Below, one piece after another: positions 1-12,845 of a stretch of 64,000 nucleotides of DNA. How positions within the stretch are numbered: the stretch's first letter is position 1; each line of letters begins with the position of its first letter. This DNA comes from Eledone cirrhosa (lineage: Eukaryota), in contig OZ024745.1 in NCBI GenBank assembly GCA_964016885.1, positions 21,452,001 to 21,516,000 on the forward strand, written 5' to 3'. Position numbers and translations under genes: made by a program. The notes beneath the pieces are model-generated. The model made no database searches and had not been told where the DNA came from. It was given only the letters and a program-made list of their open reading frames with translations.

Positions 1-1181
1 GCATGGAACCGTGGACGTGTTCTTTGAAACACCAGAGGAGGCTAGAGAACACTCCATGGCCCCATTAAGAAGTGACGACTTCACACTCGTCCCAAGCTAT
101 TGTGGCCAGAGACTCGTAAAGATCAGGGTGACCCACGTTCCACCGTCCATCGAAATTCCCTGGCTAATAGCGGCCGTCCTCGCCGGCATCGAAGCCAACA
201 CAAAAATAATAGCAATAGCAAAGGAAAAGCAGGAGAACTGGTCCGGATCTGGGATGGAGCTCCTGATCCAAGCGGACCAAAAAAGCATTGAGGAGATCCC
301 AGAGGTAATAGACCTCACTGACGGCAGCCACCTCACGGTAATTGTCGAGGGCAGAAGATCTAGATGTGTCGTTTGTGGTGAAGGAACCCACCTAAGGGCT
401 TTCTACACTCAGGCTAAAAGGTTGAGGCCACCTCTCCTACCCACCCCAGTGACACAACCATCAACACCACCAGTAGCAGAGATGGCAGCAACAACTGTAG
501 CAGCAACAACAGAAGCAACTATAACAGCAACAACCCCAGCAACAGTAGCAAAACCAACACCACCACCACCCAACGCTTCAGAACTAGCACCAGCGCCTAG
601 ACCATCCACCGCGCCACAACCAAAACTAACGCCTGTGGAGGATTTTCCACTCCCCGGCCTATCACAACTGGAGACAGATTGTGACGACGAGGAGTGGGAA
701 ACGGTATCAGGAAAAAAAGAAGAAACCAAAAAAGAAAATATTCTATTCCTCCCCCCCCCCCCCCCAAAAAAAAATACAGAGGGAAACAAATAAATTAAGA
801 AACAAAAAAGTTAGGACAGATATGCCACCATCCACACCAGCATCACCAACCCCATCAACCCAAACACCAACACCATCACCATCATTAACCCCAACACCAC
901 CATCACCTACACCACAAAAGTCACCAAAATGCGAAACAGAAACAAACCCACAACAAACGCAAACAAAACAAAACAACCAAAACGATACACACTACACAGC
1001 ATTAAATTTGAACAACAAGCAATTATTACACTACATCCAACACAACACCAGCATCACAGAAAAAGACTACACAACAACCCCAAAATTCACACCAACTCCA
1101 CACATACAAATCACTCGCATCACACAGAAAACGTACATGACACTAAAACAAAAATTCCCCAAAGACATCGGAGACTTCTGA
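1..1181 (+). pseudogene. Family A ORF1 (gag-like RNA-binding protein), frameshifted
   Basis: ORFs 11-793 and 681-1181 join through A/C homopolymer frameshifts. Motif VEGRRSRCVVCGEGTHLRAFY is a degenerate CX2CX4HX4C knuckle; the copy at ~63719 keeps the last Cys. Confidence 0.85.
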
Positions 1182-1317
1182 CAAGCACTCTCCAGGAGGA
1201 TTTATAAGGACATCCTTCCTGAGGAGGCCACAAGCAGTGAAAAGGATGGAAAAACCGTCCTTCCCCTACGAGAAGTAAGGTAAGTGGTCTTTCCCATCAT
1301 TTCCACTCCTTTTCAAC

Positions 1318-4300
1318 ATGACCTCACTCTGAATAGGCAGCATAAATGCGCGTGGCTTGGCGTCGTCATGGAAGCAGGGCCACCTGCTCAACGACCTCAG
1401 GTCACTAAACATAGATGTAGTGGCCATCAGCGAGACCAGAATCTCCGAAGCACGGGCCTTCGCACCGATCTTCGGCGGCTACGATGTGTACGCATCTCCC
1501 AGCCGTCCGGGATCGGGGGGAGGAGTTGCTGTGCTTTTTCGGAGAGGTTTGGATCTTGCCATACGGGCCATCTTCCTGGACCCAGAAGGTAAGTTGGTGG
1601 TGCTGGACGTGACCAGCGGAGACGGGCAAGCTTTCAGGTTAGTGGCCGTCTATGCCCCGACAGGAGCAGGGCGGCCTGATTTCTTCCGGCGTCTGGAGAC
1701 CTTTCTTGGAACGTCTCGCTCTTTAGTGTTAGTGGGCGACTGGAACAGGATCTTAGATGCACGCTGGGATTGTGTGGGATTAGTGGATAGGGAAGGAGGG
1801 TGCAAGAGTCTCACCAACCTGCTCAGACGTTTTGAACTGTCTGACAGGTACCGAATGGATTTGCCGAATGTACCAATGTGGACTTGGACAAATCGCATAG
1901 GGTCATCCAGATCATATTTAGATAGAGTATTTTGTAGGGAAATAGATAGGTCTAGCATAGGCTGTCCACAATTCAAGATAGTCAGCTACACGGACCACAA
2001 ATTCGTGATCTGTGTGCTTGACTTAGATAGGCTTCATAGACGAGGACCCGGCTACTGGAAGCTAAACGCGTCCTTACAAGCGCGCAAGGCCTACAGAGAC
2101 CGGATTAGCGAACTAGTTAAGCGGGCGTTGACGGTGGCCATCGTCAACAACAAGTAGTGTTTTACTCTGAAAGGAGCAATTAGAATAGAGTCCATTAGGT
2201 TTAGTAAGGCTTTAGCAATAGAGAAAAATAGAGCGGAGGGAGAATTAGTTAAAAAATTAGACGAGGCGCTTAGCAAAGGCATCGCGACCGACGTACTTGC
2301 GGCGAAATTGGCCCTTGACCAATTCTTCAATGCAAAGCACGAAGGCTGCGTTGTCAGAGCTAGGGTGCGTGCTCTCAGACACGAGGGGACGAAAGCCGTT
2401 CAATGGGCCCGAATGGCGGAGGCGCGTCGAGGCAATAAAGCCACGATCCGGTCTTTGGTGGACCACGACGGGCGCATGCTACTCGATCCAGGAAAATGTG
2501 TGAAGCTTTTCAGCGACACTTCGCTCAACTGTTCGGGGGAAGTGGTGGGCCGGATCGAGGGATGGACTTTAGTGTCTACCTCGACGGACTGCCGCGGCTT
2601 TCGGCCACTGAGGCGGAGTGTTGCGAAAAGCCGATAACAACCGCTGAAGTACGGGAGGCAATGACTGGCTGCAAAAGGGGTAAATCGCCTGGTTTGGATG
2701 GTCTGCCCTATGAACTTTACGTACAAATGCCAGACTTGTTCGGAGGCCTCTTGGTGGACGTCTACTGCAACTGGCAACAGAATGGGAGAATTCCCAGCTC
2801 TGTGAGCCGAGGAGCGGTGGCGCTGCTGAGAAAGGATCCGAACAAGGGGGATAACATAGATAATTTTAGGCCCATAACTCTGCTAAACACAGGGTTCAAG
2901 ATTTTGGCCAAGGTGCTAGCAAAGAGGTTGGCGCTTGTCGTTGGTGGTCTGGTGGGAGAGGCACAGACATGCGCGATTCCCGACAGATCCATCCACGACA
3001 ACCTCCACCTCATGCGATACATACAGGTAGCTAGGGAACCTGGCACGGGTGTGTCTTTGATCAATTTAGATCAGTCGAAAGCCTTCGATAGGGTCGACCA
3101 TCGTTACCTAGCGGCAGTCCTGAGGGCGACTGGCTTTGGGCCCGTCTTCAGAGGCTGGATCGCTGCCATGCACAGCGACATCTGCTCTGTAGTGAGAGTG
3201 AACGGTCACCTTTCGGAACCGTTCAACATCATGCGCTCGGTCCGCCAAGGATGTCCCCTCTCGTCCCTATTGTACGTATTGACTCTCGAGCCATTACTGC
3301 ACAAACTGGAGACGTTGAGGGGGTCCCGCGCGAACTAGGATGCGGAAGATCCGTGTTAGCATATGCGGACGATGTCACCGTAGTGGTGTCGAACGCCAAA
3401 CACATCGAGGCGATCGACACTACACTAAGAGAATACGAAGCGGTGACAGGAGCAATGATCCACCAGGAAAAGTCAGTGGGCCTGCTGCTCGGCACCTGGA
3501 GAGGCAGGTCCATGCTGTCCAACAGCGTCGTCGGGCGCTGGACGGACGGACCGGTTAAATTGCTAGGGGTCTGGTTCGGTCCAGACCTCCAGACGGACAA
3601 AAACTGGGATGAGGTGACGAGCAGGGTGGCTTCTCTCACCCAGAAATGGGTCGAGAGGAAGCTATCTCTGAAAAGTCGAGCGGAGGTCGCTAACGCGTAC
3701 ATCACGTCCGTCATCTACTACCGCCTGACCGTCGTACCTTGTCCTAAGCCCCGCCTGACTGCGCTGGAGCGTTTGCTCTTTGGCTTCTTGTGGAAGGGAC
3801 GTGCTCCGATGGTCAGGCGGTCCATCTGCTGTCAACACCCGCTACGTGGAGGGCTGGGCATGCCGTGGCTGATGATGCGCAGACACGCGCTCAGGCTACG
3901 ACATCTCCACCTCTTCCTCGACGGTGATCAGCTGTGGTCGCCGTTTGCTAGACACGTTTTTCCCCAGCTCGTCTCCTTGAGGGAGCTGCAGTCCTGGGTC
4001 AAGCGAAGACCGAGAGGGAGCGCTTGGAGACTGGAATGTCTTCAGGCGCTCACAGCCCTCGACCAATCGGGCAATGTGATCGGTGGAAACTCCACCTTGG
4101 CGTTCTATAGGGGATTAGTGGAGGGTAAGAGCGACGACGTACTTGGAGAAACTCTAGGCGTCGACGAAAATCAACTAGCCAATCTCTTCGGAAGGACTTT
4201 CGGACCGGGGCCTATGGACAATTTCCAGAAATCCCTGGCCTGGCAGTGCTACCGGGTGCTTTGCCAGTTCGGGATAAACTCTACAGGCATGGAGGTGCCG

Positions 4301-4713
4301 TCAGCCGGGCATGTCCGAGATGCGCACAGGGCGACGAAACCGTCCTGCACGCACTCGTCCAGTGTCCGAGCATTGCTGACTTGTGGGTTTATGTCAAACA
4401 CCTGCTGTCACGTGTAGGACGGATCCAGCTATCAGCTGAGTCCATCGTGAGGATTGCCCCGCCCTCTTCCTTTAGCCGGGAAGGGCAGGCAGTTTTTATC
4501 TGTCTGGTGGCCATGGCGAAAGAGATAGTATGGTGGACACGTTTGAAAGGGCTGAAGACGAGCACTTACCTCTTCGGTGATGCCCTGATTAACTTTTTCA
4601 AATTTCATTTGAAAAGGAAAATCAGGGTAGAGAGGGAAGTGCTCTCTTCCCAACATTTTGTTGAAAGATGGGTGAGAGAAGCAAGTATGGCCCGAATGAA
4701 GGGCCTTCTCTGA
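1318..4713 (+). pseudogene. Family A ORF2 (APE endonuclease + reverse transcriptase), disrupted
   Basis: ATG at 1318 gives MTSL*IGSINARG (TGA at 1330). Motifs: ISET, VYAP, VGDWN, YLDR, YTDH; KSPGLDG, FRPITLLN, DQSKAFDRVDH, RQGCPLS, YADD (~3362). Stop at 2155 and several frameshifts. Confidence 0.93.
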
Positions 4714-4969
4714 GTATGTGTCTGTAAATTAAAGGTGGAAAACTGGGAGAGGGCACTCGCCCTGGTGGTCAGGGTCACTGTGTTCTTTTAATGGGCTTTC
4801 TCCACAAATGTCCCTCGGAAGTCTCCCCCCTATTGGGGAATTTTTCTTTGTTATTTTATTACATCCTCTGTTTTTTACACGCAGAAATGCCCATTTGTAC
4901 CGTCCTGTATTGTCCTGTACTGTCCTTAATGTCTACTTTATGTAAACCCTTGTGGTTAATAAAGAAAAC

Positions 4970-5027
<58 letters not shown>

Positions 5028-5719
5028 CAATTCTGTATCGAACATTGATATATTAAATGATATATTAGACAGACAAGAGCAAGGGATTACTATAATTTCA
5101 GTTACGTAATAGCTTGACATATCAGGCCTACTAAATATAGAATGATCGTGAAATATGTTTTCTCCGTCTCGTGGATTATAACAAGATCAGTCATTGACAT
5201 TAAACAGACATTCATTTAAACATAGTTATATATCATATATAATTGGGGTCATGTGCAACAACATATATATATTCAACAGAAAGCTCAAATAGTTGTTGAG
5301 AAGGTCACAGAATGTGCGATGAAAGACTTTGGCAATTATTTAACCACCCGGGTAGTAAACTAACCGAGGAATCGATAGGTTGCTGGATTGATATTCAACT
5401 TACTTCTAGTTACGAGTAAAGGTGTGCAGAGACGCGTAAAAGATTTGAAAGCAGTTGAAGTGCGTTACCTTTACTCTAAGGGGTGACTGACCCATTCTGA
5501 CGTATATTTTAGGGTACTATACTGTAGAGATCGAGGCGAGAGTGTAGCCGGAAGTAAACACAACTTATGAATTTTCGAAGCACTGGGAGGCCTGAAATTT
5601 AAAAATGTTAGAATCCTAAACGCAAAGTATGTATGTAAGTATGTATGTATGTATGTATGTATGTATGTATGTATGTATGTATGTATGTATGTATGTATGT
5701 ATGTATGTATGTATGTATG

Positions 5720-6326
5720 TCAGGTCACCAGTTGGTGCTACTGGTAACTTGTATCCCAGTACAACCTGTCTCATGGTCGGGTCGTTGGCGACTAAACTGG
5801 CAACCCCACCAAGGTTTCTTGGTGAGGAGAGTGACTTTGGACATCCTGCAGGACTAAAAACAAAACCTGTCAAAGGGCAAAGGAGTTCTTAAGAGTCAAT
5901 GGCCATCCAAAATCACCGGGAGAGATGACCCCTTAGCCTTTGTCAAGGCCGAATTCTAGGAGAAGGAAAACTCTGATATAACCCCTGCAACTCTGATGGT
6001 ATCCAATGATGTTGACTTGTTCTTCTTTTTGGTAAATATCATCTTGGGTAAGAGAGTGGGACTGGCTTTGTGCAGTGCCTTTGCTCACTAGAAAAGCTTC
6101 ACGGCACAGGCATTGCTTTATATCTGGAGATATCTCTGCACTTGTCATCACATGGTACCATAGGCCCAGCACTATGTGTCAATAATTGTCACAAGTGTAG
6201 TGTTTGTACCAGAGTTTTCAAGTCGCTGGCTGGACTAAAAAGTCACACTTGTTTAGCGCATCGGTAGGCGTTCTCCTACATGGATATAAAGTAGTGGCCG
6301 TACTCGAAAACGAGTTGGCAGCCATC
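5720..6326 (+). mobile_element. RTE-derived non-autonomous (internally deleted/bipartite) retroelement in (ATGT)n
   Basis: An RTE-like 5' UTR (..TAAACTGGCAACCCCACC..AAAACCTGTC..GGAGAAGGAAAACTCTGA) is joined to a 3' remnant coding CSVCTRVFKSLAGLKSH (C2H2-like RTE C-terminus). (ATGT)n lies on both sides. Confidence 0.65.
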
Positions 6327-6416
6327 ATGTATGTATGTATGTATGTATGTATGTATGTATGTATGTATGTATGTATGTATGTACGTATGTATGTATGTAT
6401 GTATGTATGTATGTAT

Positions 6417-6819
6417 TGACCCCTTAGCCTTTGTCAAGGCAGAATTCTAGGAGAAGGAAAACTCTTATATAACACCTGCAACCCTCATGGTATCCAATGA
6501 TGTTGACTTGTTCTTCTTTTTTTGTAAATATCATCTTGGTTAAGAGAGTGGGACTGGCTTTGTGCAGTGCCTTTGCTCACTATAAAAGCTTCACGGCACA
6601 GGCATTGCTTTATATCTGGATATCTCTCTGCACTTGTCGTCACATGGTACCATGGTCCCAGCACTATGTGTCAATAATTGTCGCAAGTGTAGTGTTTGTA
6701 CCAGATTTTTCAAGTCGCTGGCTGGACTAAAAAGTCACACTCGTTCAGCGGATCGGTAGGGGTTCTCCTACATGGATATAAAGTAGTTGCCGTACTCGAA
6801 AACGAGTTGGCAGCCACCA
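6417..6819 (+). mobile_element. 5'-truncated tandem copy of the 5720-6326 element
   Basis: Close match to 5926-6326, flanked by (ATGT)n. Confidence 0.8.
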
Positions 6820-6835
6820 TGTATGTATGTATGAA

Positions 6836-6866
<31 letters not shown>

Positions 6867-6870
<4 letters not shown>

Positions 6871-7256
6871 TTAATATAGATGAGATTCTACAGGACTAGA
6901 ACTGTTTCATTCATTAGAAATCATCAGGAATCTGGGTATCAAAAAATAAATATGGTATTTATAGGTCTCTACAAGTGGTAGGAGAGGGTGGGGAGTGGGA
7001 TGGGTGCAGGTCATTGAATGAATTCCCTTCTCTATCAACCAATGACCTGCACCCATCCCACTCCCCACCCTCTCCTACCACTTGTAGAGACCTATAAATA
7101 CCATATTTATTTTTTGATACCCAGATTCCTGATGATTTCTAATGAATGAAACAGTTCTAGTCCTGTAGAATCTCATCTATATTAAAACTGTTATACTCTG
7201 CTATGTATTGAGTACCTTACTTACTGTGGTTACCTCCGATTCAACCCGGAATAACG
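6867..7256. mobile_element. Fold-back Penelope-like (pLTR) insertion in (TA)n
   Basis: 150-bp inverted arms 6867-7016 / 7040-7189, 23-nt spacer, unpaired tail 7190-7256, TA tracts on both sides, hammerhead in each arm. Confidence 0.85.
7123..7173 (+). ncRNA. Type-I hammerhead ribozyme
   Basis: AGATTC-CTGATGA-TTTCTAATGAAT-GAAA-CAG(ttctagtc)CTG-TA-GAATCT. Stem I is AGATTC/GAATCT, the core is intact, and the triplet is GUA. Confidence 0.85.
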
Positions 7257-7288
<32 letters not shown>

Positions 7289-7331
7289 TTCAAAATATTA
7301 ACAAAAATAGAACTTCTTGTGATCAAGTATA

Positions 7332-7394
7332 TTTTATTATACATATTTCAGAGGTACTGAGCTACCTTCAACAGTACGTCCTCATCAGATAAAA
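7332..7394 (-). ncRNA. Minimal type-I hammerhead ribozyme in a solo pLTR fragment (about 7287-7465) between TA tracts
   Basis: Minus strand: TTTTAT-CTGATGA-GGACGTACTG..CAGTACCTCT-GAAA-TATGTA-TA-ATAAAA. Confidence 0.75.
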
Positions 7395-7463
7395 TAAAAT
7401 GAGTGCTTCCAATCTATTGTAAAACTCATTCTTTGATTTATTCATTGAACCTTGTTTAACCTT

Positions 7464-7534
<71 letters not shown>

Positions 7535-7613
7535 GTCTATATGTATGTATGTATGAATGCATATGCATAAACATACAGGCATATAAGTATACGCCTCTCT
7601 CTCTCTCACTCTC

Positions 7614-7757
<144 letters not shown>

Positions 7758-8239
7758 TATGTGTGTCTATGTGTGTCTATGTGTACAGTGTTGATGTATA
7801 TGAGTGTATGTTTACAGCTCTATATGTTCAGTTCAAAACAAAGTGTTCGGTAGGAAAGCAGTAGGAATTCGACCAAAATAAATTCATGTCTACCACCCAT
7901 GATGACCGAAAATCTAACCGAGAGGGGGCGCTTCCAGCTCTACAGACACACACTGGTAATTATACATCCCCATATACTGAGAGTAATGGAAGCTTCATTA
8001 CTCATTTATCTCCATGGCAACGCCAAGCGGGCAAGAATCAATAGTAAGTATGCTTCGCTAATCAGACTTGGCCATAATATAGTGGAACTAATACAGGCGT
8101 CTTCTCCAGCATCTAACAACACACCATTTCACTGATATGTGTGTGTATAGATTTATGCGTGAAGTGTTTGGGAATATCATATGTATATATATATATATAC
8201 ATATATGTGTGTGTGTGTACATGTATATATATGTATAGA

Positions 8240-8319
<80 letters not shown>

Positions 8320-8403
8320 CATGTATATATATATATATATTATATGTATGTATATATGTGAGTGTGTGTGCCTGCGAGTATTTACGTAATCAAGAATATG
8401 ATA

Positions 8404-8453
<50 letters not shown>

Positions 8454-9134
8454 GAACACTCACACATATATAGAAAATAACTACCATTAGTTAAACAAGA
8501 AGTTTTCTGTTTTTCTTTTTTCTTTTATTTGCCCTTCCTCCTCTTTCGATCCACTTTAAAAAAAAAGCATTCCTCTTTCCGTTAATTTCTTTTTTATATG
8601 AAGATATAGCGTCCGAAACGATTTTTGTATTTTCTACTTAGGCAAACCTAAACTGAATTCAGTGAATATTAAGTATATGAGAATGTAATTTCATGTAATT
8701 ATCCAATATACAGCAGACAATGGCATACAATTTAGGGAGTACAAATGAGCAATTATTGTCGTATGAGGAGATCTCTTGACTAATGAAACAATAGAGTATT
8801 GGTGAATATAAATAGCATCCATATTAAATAGAAGCATATTAAGTATTATTAAGGAGACAAAATAAATACATAGAGTAAGTCCCCACCTTAAGAACATCCT
8901 ATTTACAAATAATTTCCGCAGATACGAACAGTCTTACGAAAAAAAAAAGATGTCTGAATTTGTAATTCGCGTTTTTGTAGGATCTTTCGGGCCCTGGGTT
9001 TCTTCTTTTGCAGCATAAAGATAATCCGAAATCGTAGCTATGGTATGGGATACCATTCTGTTTTTTGCTGAATTGAAAACTTTGTTTTTTTTAACAATTT
9101 ATTGTCATTTGCTTTACAGTATTTAAATTCATTA

Positions 9135-9415
9135 TTACATGTTATATATACCTCTATATACTGCATATATATACCGCTATATATACCTGTATATATATAC
9201 CTCTATATACTGTATATATATATATATATATACCTCTATATACTGTTATATATACCTCTATATTACATGTTATATATATACCTCTATATACTGTTATATA
9301 TACCTCTATATTACATGTTATATATACCTCTATATTACATGTTATATATATATATACCTCTATATACTGTTATATATACCTCTATATTTCATGTTATATA
9401 TACCTCTACCTACTG
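9135..9415. repeat. TA-derived minisatellite (TATATATACCTCTATAT(A/T)AC..GT)
   Basis: About 10 imperfect copies visible. Confidence 0.8.
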
Positions 9416-9889
9416 TATACATATCACTCAGTATCAATGTAACATATATGGGCTTACTGGTACGTACTGTGTTAAACGACCAACTAACGAACAAATCAAC
9501 TAACGAATGCCCTTTTGGGACGTAACTCGTTCGTAAGTTGAGGACTCACTGCATAGTGTTGTGGATGTATGCTGCTCAATTGATATCAATATGGCCCAAG
9601 ATGGAAAGTGAGGAGACAGCTTTGATTCTTGTACGCAAAATATAGCTTGGCTTTTGATTCTTCCATCATTATACCAAGTTAATTTATACTAATCACGCTT
9701 TTAAAGACAGACCACAGCTCCATTATTCAGATTTTTACCATAGTATAGTTTGTAAAAATTTTTACATAGATCTATATGATATACATATATATCCTAGAAA
9801 CACACATATATATCCTAGAAACGATCATAAAATGATGAATTTTTTAATATAAAGAACTGTTTCTTTGTTTTTATTCATTATTTTTATTA

Positions 9890-9942
<53 letters not shown>

Positions 9943-9945
<3 letters not shown>

Positions 9946-10178
9946 CGAATAGAATGAAACGAAATTTCATTTCTCACTCTTAGTACGGCACTTACTTAAA
10001 TGTAAGTATGTATGTATACGTACATACATATATGTATACAGACGTACAGTAGTATATATATATACATACTACTGTACGTCTGTATACATATATGTATGTA
10101 CGTATACATACATACTTACATTTAAGTAAGTGCCGAACTAAGAGTGAGAAATGAAATTTCGTTTCATTCTATTCGAAA
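9943..10178. repeat. Near-perfect 236-bp palindrome between TA tracts
   Basis: TTTCGAATAGAATG...CATTCTATTCGAAA, centred at 10060/10061, about 2 mismatches. Confidence 0.92.
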
Positions 10179-10196
10179 TATATATATATTTATATA

Positions 10197-10621
10197 TAAT
10201 ATAAGATCAAAAGATGGTTAAAGGAGTTCCATGTATTTTATTATGCGCATTTCAAAAACAAACATCATCATGCAATAATATTTGTGTTTTCATCAGATAA
10301 AACAGGAGAACATGATATGAAGGCTAAAAAACACTTGTGGATAGTGCAGTTTTAAATCAACATATGTTGATTTAAAACTGCACTATCCACAAGTGTTTTT
10401 TAGCCTTCATATCATGTTCTCCTGTTTTATCTGATGAAAACACAAATATTATTGCATGATGATGTTTGTTTTTGAAATGCGCATAATAAAATACATGGAA
10501 CTCCTTTAACCATCTTTTGATCTTATATTATGTATACTCCAGTCCTACAAACTGTAGAGTGCTTCTTATCCGATATCTGCATTGCTTTATTGTACTACAA
10601 TAAAACTCACCTCCTACATTA

Positions 10622-10625
<4 letters not shown>
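10197..10625. mobile_element. Fold-back Penelope-like insertion with no spacer
   Basis: 334-bp palindrome 10197-10530 centred on CAT|ATG, unpaired tail 10531-~10625, TA flanks, hammerhead in each arm. Confidence 0.85.
10425..10491 (+). ncRNA. Minimal type-I hammerhead ribozyme (palindromic stem III)
   Basis: TTTTAT-CTGATGA-(long AU-rich stem II)-GAAA-TGCGCA-TA-ATAAAA. ATGCGCAT is self-complementary, as in dimer-acting minimal hammerheads. Confidence 0.82.
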
Positions 10626-10696
<71 letters not shown>

Positions 10697-11052
10697 TAAT
10701 AAAAATAATGAATAAAAACAAAGAAACAGTTCCTTATATTAAAAAATTCAGCATTTTATTATCGTTTCTAGGATATATATGTATATCATATAGATCTATG
10801 TAAACATTTTACAAACTATCAGAGGGAATATACATACCTACACATATATATGCTGTCTTCGAATATATATATATATATATATATTGGTGCAATGTACTGT
10901 GTCAGCTAAATAATTCTTACTTTCGATTCGCATATAAATGACAGCTAAATAATAAATAATTTCTGGCCTAACTCCCGATAACGGCGTTTCTTTTCTTCTT
11001 TCATCATCACCACCATATATACACACACATATACATACATATATTTATGTAA

Positions 11053-11128
<76 letters not shown>

Positions 11129-11315
11129 GTTTGTGTCTATATTGTATCTGTATTTTTGACCGTTGGTCAGTCAATGGCAAGATTGAGGACCGAATAAATT
11201 AAATTAACCGATATAAAAGACACAGAAGCGAAAATCAACCAAACAGTGAGTGTATTCTGTTATTAATTCTGGCAATATTACACAAATATGACCCTTCCCA
11301 AGTATAACAATATAA

Positions 11316-11392
<77 letters not shown>

Positions 11393-11402
11393 CGTGTGTG
11401 TG

Positions 11403-11467
<65 letters not shown>

Positions 11468-11472
11468 ATATG

Positions 11473-11503
<31 letters not shown>

Positions 11504-11916
11504 ACATGTGTGTACATTTGTATGTATGTATGTATTTACTTACATAGTATGGGTAGACACATGCATATGTCTGTATGTGTGTGAACTGTGAGTATGCGTA
11601 TATGTTTGCAAATTTTCGTAACGACAGAATATATCAGTAATTGTATAAAGAAAGAAACGCAGGACAGAAAGAAGGAAGAAAGAAGGAAAGAAAAGAAAAA
11701 TAAACAAAATGGAGGTCAGAGAATTAAAGTGAGATGAGTTTGTGGAACTAAAATGAAAAGAATGACATTCAATGGCAGAACGGAAATGTGAGAAAGAAAA
11801 TTAGGAAAGAAAAAGATGAATAAATAGAAAAAAAGAAATAAAGACAGGAACAGCGAAAAAGAGTGTGGGGGGGGGGTGTACTTGTGTGTATGTTTAGGTA
11901 GATAGATAGATAGATA

Positions 11917-12563
11917 TGTTTCTTTATTAGCCACAGGGGCACAAAAGAAGGGGACAATACAATGGGGGATGTTTACATACAATAAAAACGTGTAAAATAC
12001 TATCACAAGTGCATTTTAAAAATTAATCGAATTTCCCCAATAGGGTAGACATTTCATACGAAAAAATGTGCAACCCTCATCTCCAGGAGTACGAAGAGTT
12101 TGTACTCCTTTCCTCTCTTCCTCTTTTTCCTCAATCTACAGGCTGATATAGAGAGTAGGTCCATTCACTCGGGCCATTCTCGCCACTTTCACCCACCTTT
12201 CATAAAACTTGCTGGGGTACAGCACCTCTCTCTCCATCCTGATTCTTCTTCCAAAGTGGTATTTGAAAAAATGAATCAGTTGTTGGCCGGAGAGAAAGGT
12301 GTCTGACCTCAGCCCTTTTAACCTCGTCCACCATACAACCTCTTTCGCCATAGCTATCACACAAAGGAAAACCGCCTCTCCTTCGTTTTTGAAGGAGGGT
12401 GGCGGTTTGATCATGACAATGGGCTCGGTGGTCAACCGGATTGGTCCCACCCGCGACAATAGTCGTTCTACATAGCCCCACAGGTCGGTAACGCCCGGGC
12501 AGTGTATGAATGCGTGCGCGACGGTTTCTTCGTCTCGCACGCATCTCGGACAGATCTTTTTTT

Positions 12564-12564
<1 letters not shown>
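11917..12564 (-). mobile_element. 5'-truncated Tx1/L1 element (relative of family B) in (TATC)n
   Basis: ORF 12136-12540 is a diverged homolog of the family B ORF2 C-terminus. The 3' end CCCCTGTGGCTAATAAAGAAACA is followed by (TATC)n, and a GATA array lies on the other side. Confidence 0.92.
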
Positions 12565-12614
<50 letters not shown>

Positions 12615-12845
12615 ATTTCTATTTATTTGCCACGAGGGCACAAAAGAAGGGGACATTTACACAGTGGGGGAGTTTACATAAATCGAGTAAAGAAAAAAGG
12701 AATAACAATAATAACATAACAATAAAAAGTCCTCAAAAGGGAGGGGGCGTGTTAGGGATTGCACATACCCCCGAAAAGTGTGCAACTCTTTTCGCGGGGG
12801 AAGCCCAGAGAGGAGGCGCTCCCCCTTTCCTCTTCACTTCTTCAC

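Larger units (their letters stand above)
1..4970 (+). mobile_element. Tx1/L1-clade non-LTR retrotransposon, family A (5' end cut by window edge), ending in (TTA)n
   Basis: ORF1 has a zinc knuckle and a Pro/Thr-rich region. ORF2 has an APE endonuclease, RT and a C-terminal CxxC..ET..H..C motif. The 3' UTR ends CCCTTGTGGTTAATAAAGAAAACA, directly followed by (TTA)n. Confidence 0.95.

Noticed and set aside
1-620. Match between window start and end suggesting LTRs or a circular contig
   Set aside because: These are two diverged copies of the same LINE ORF1, with substitutions and an indel.
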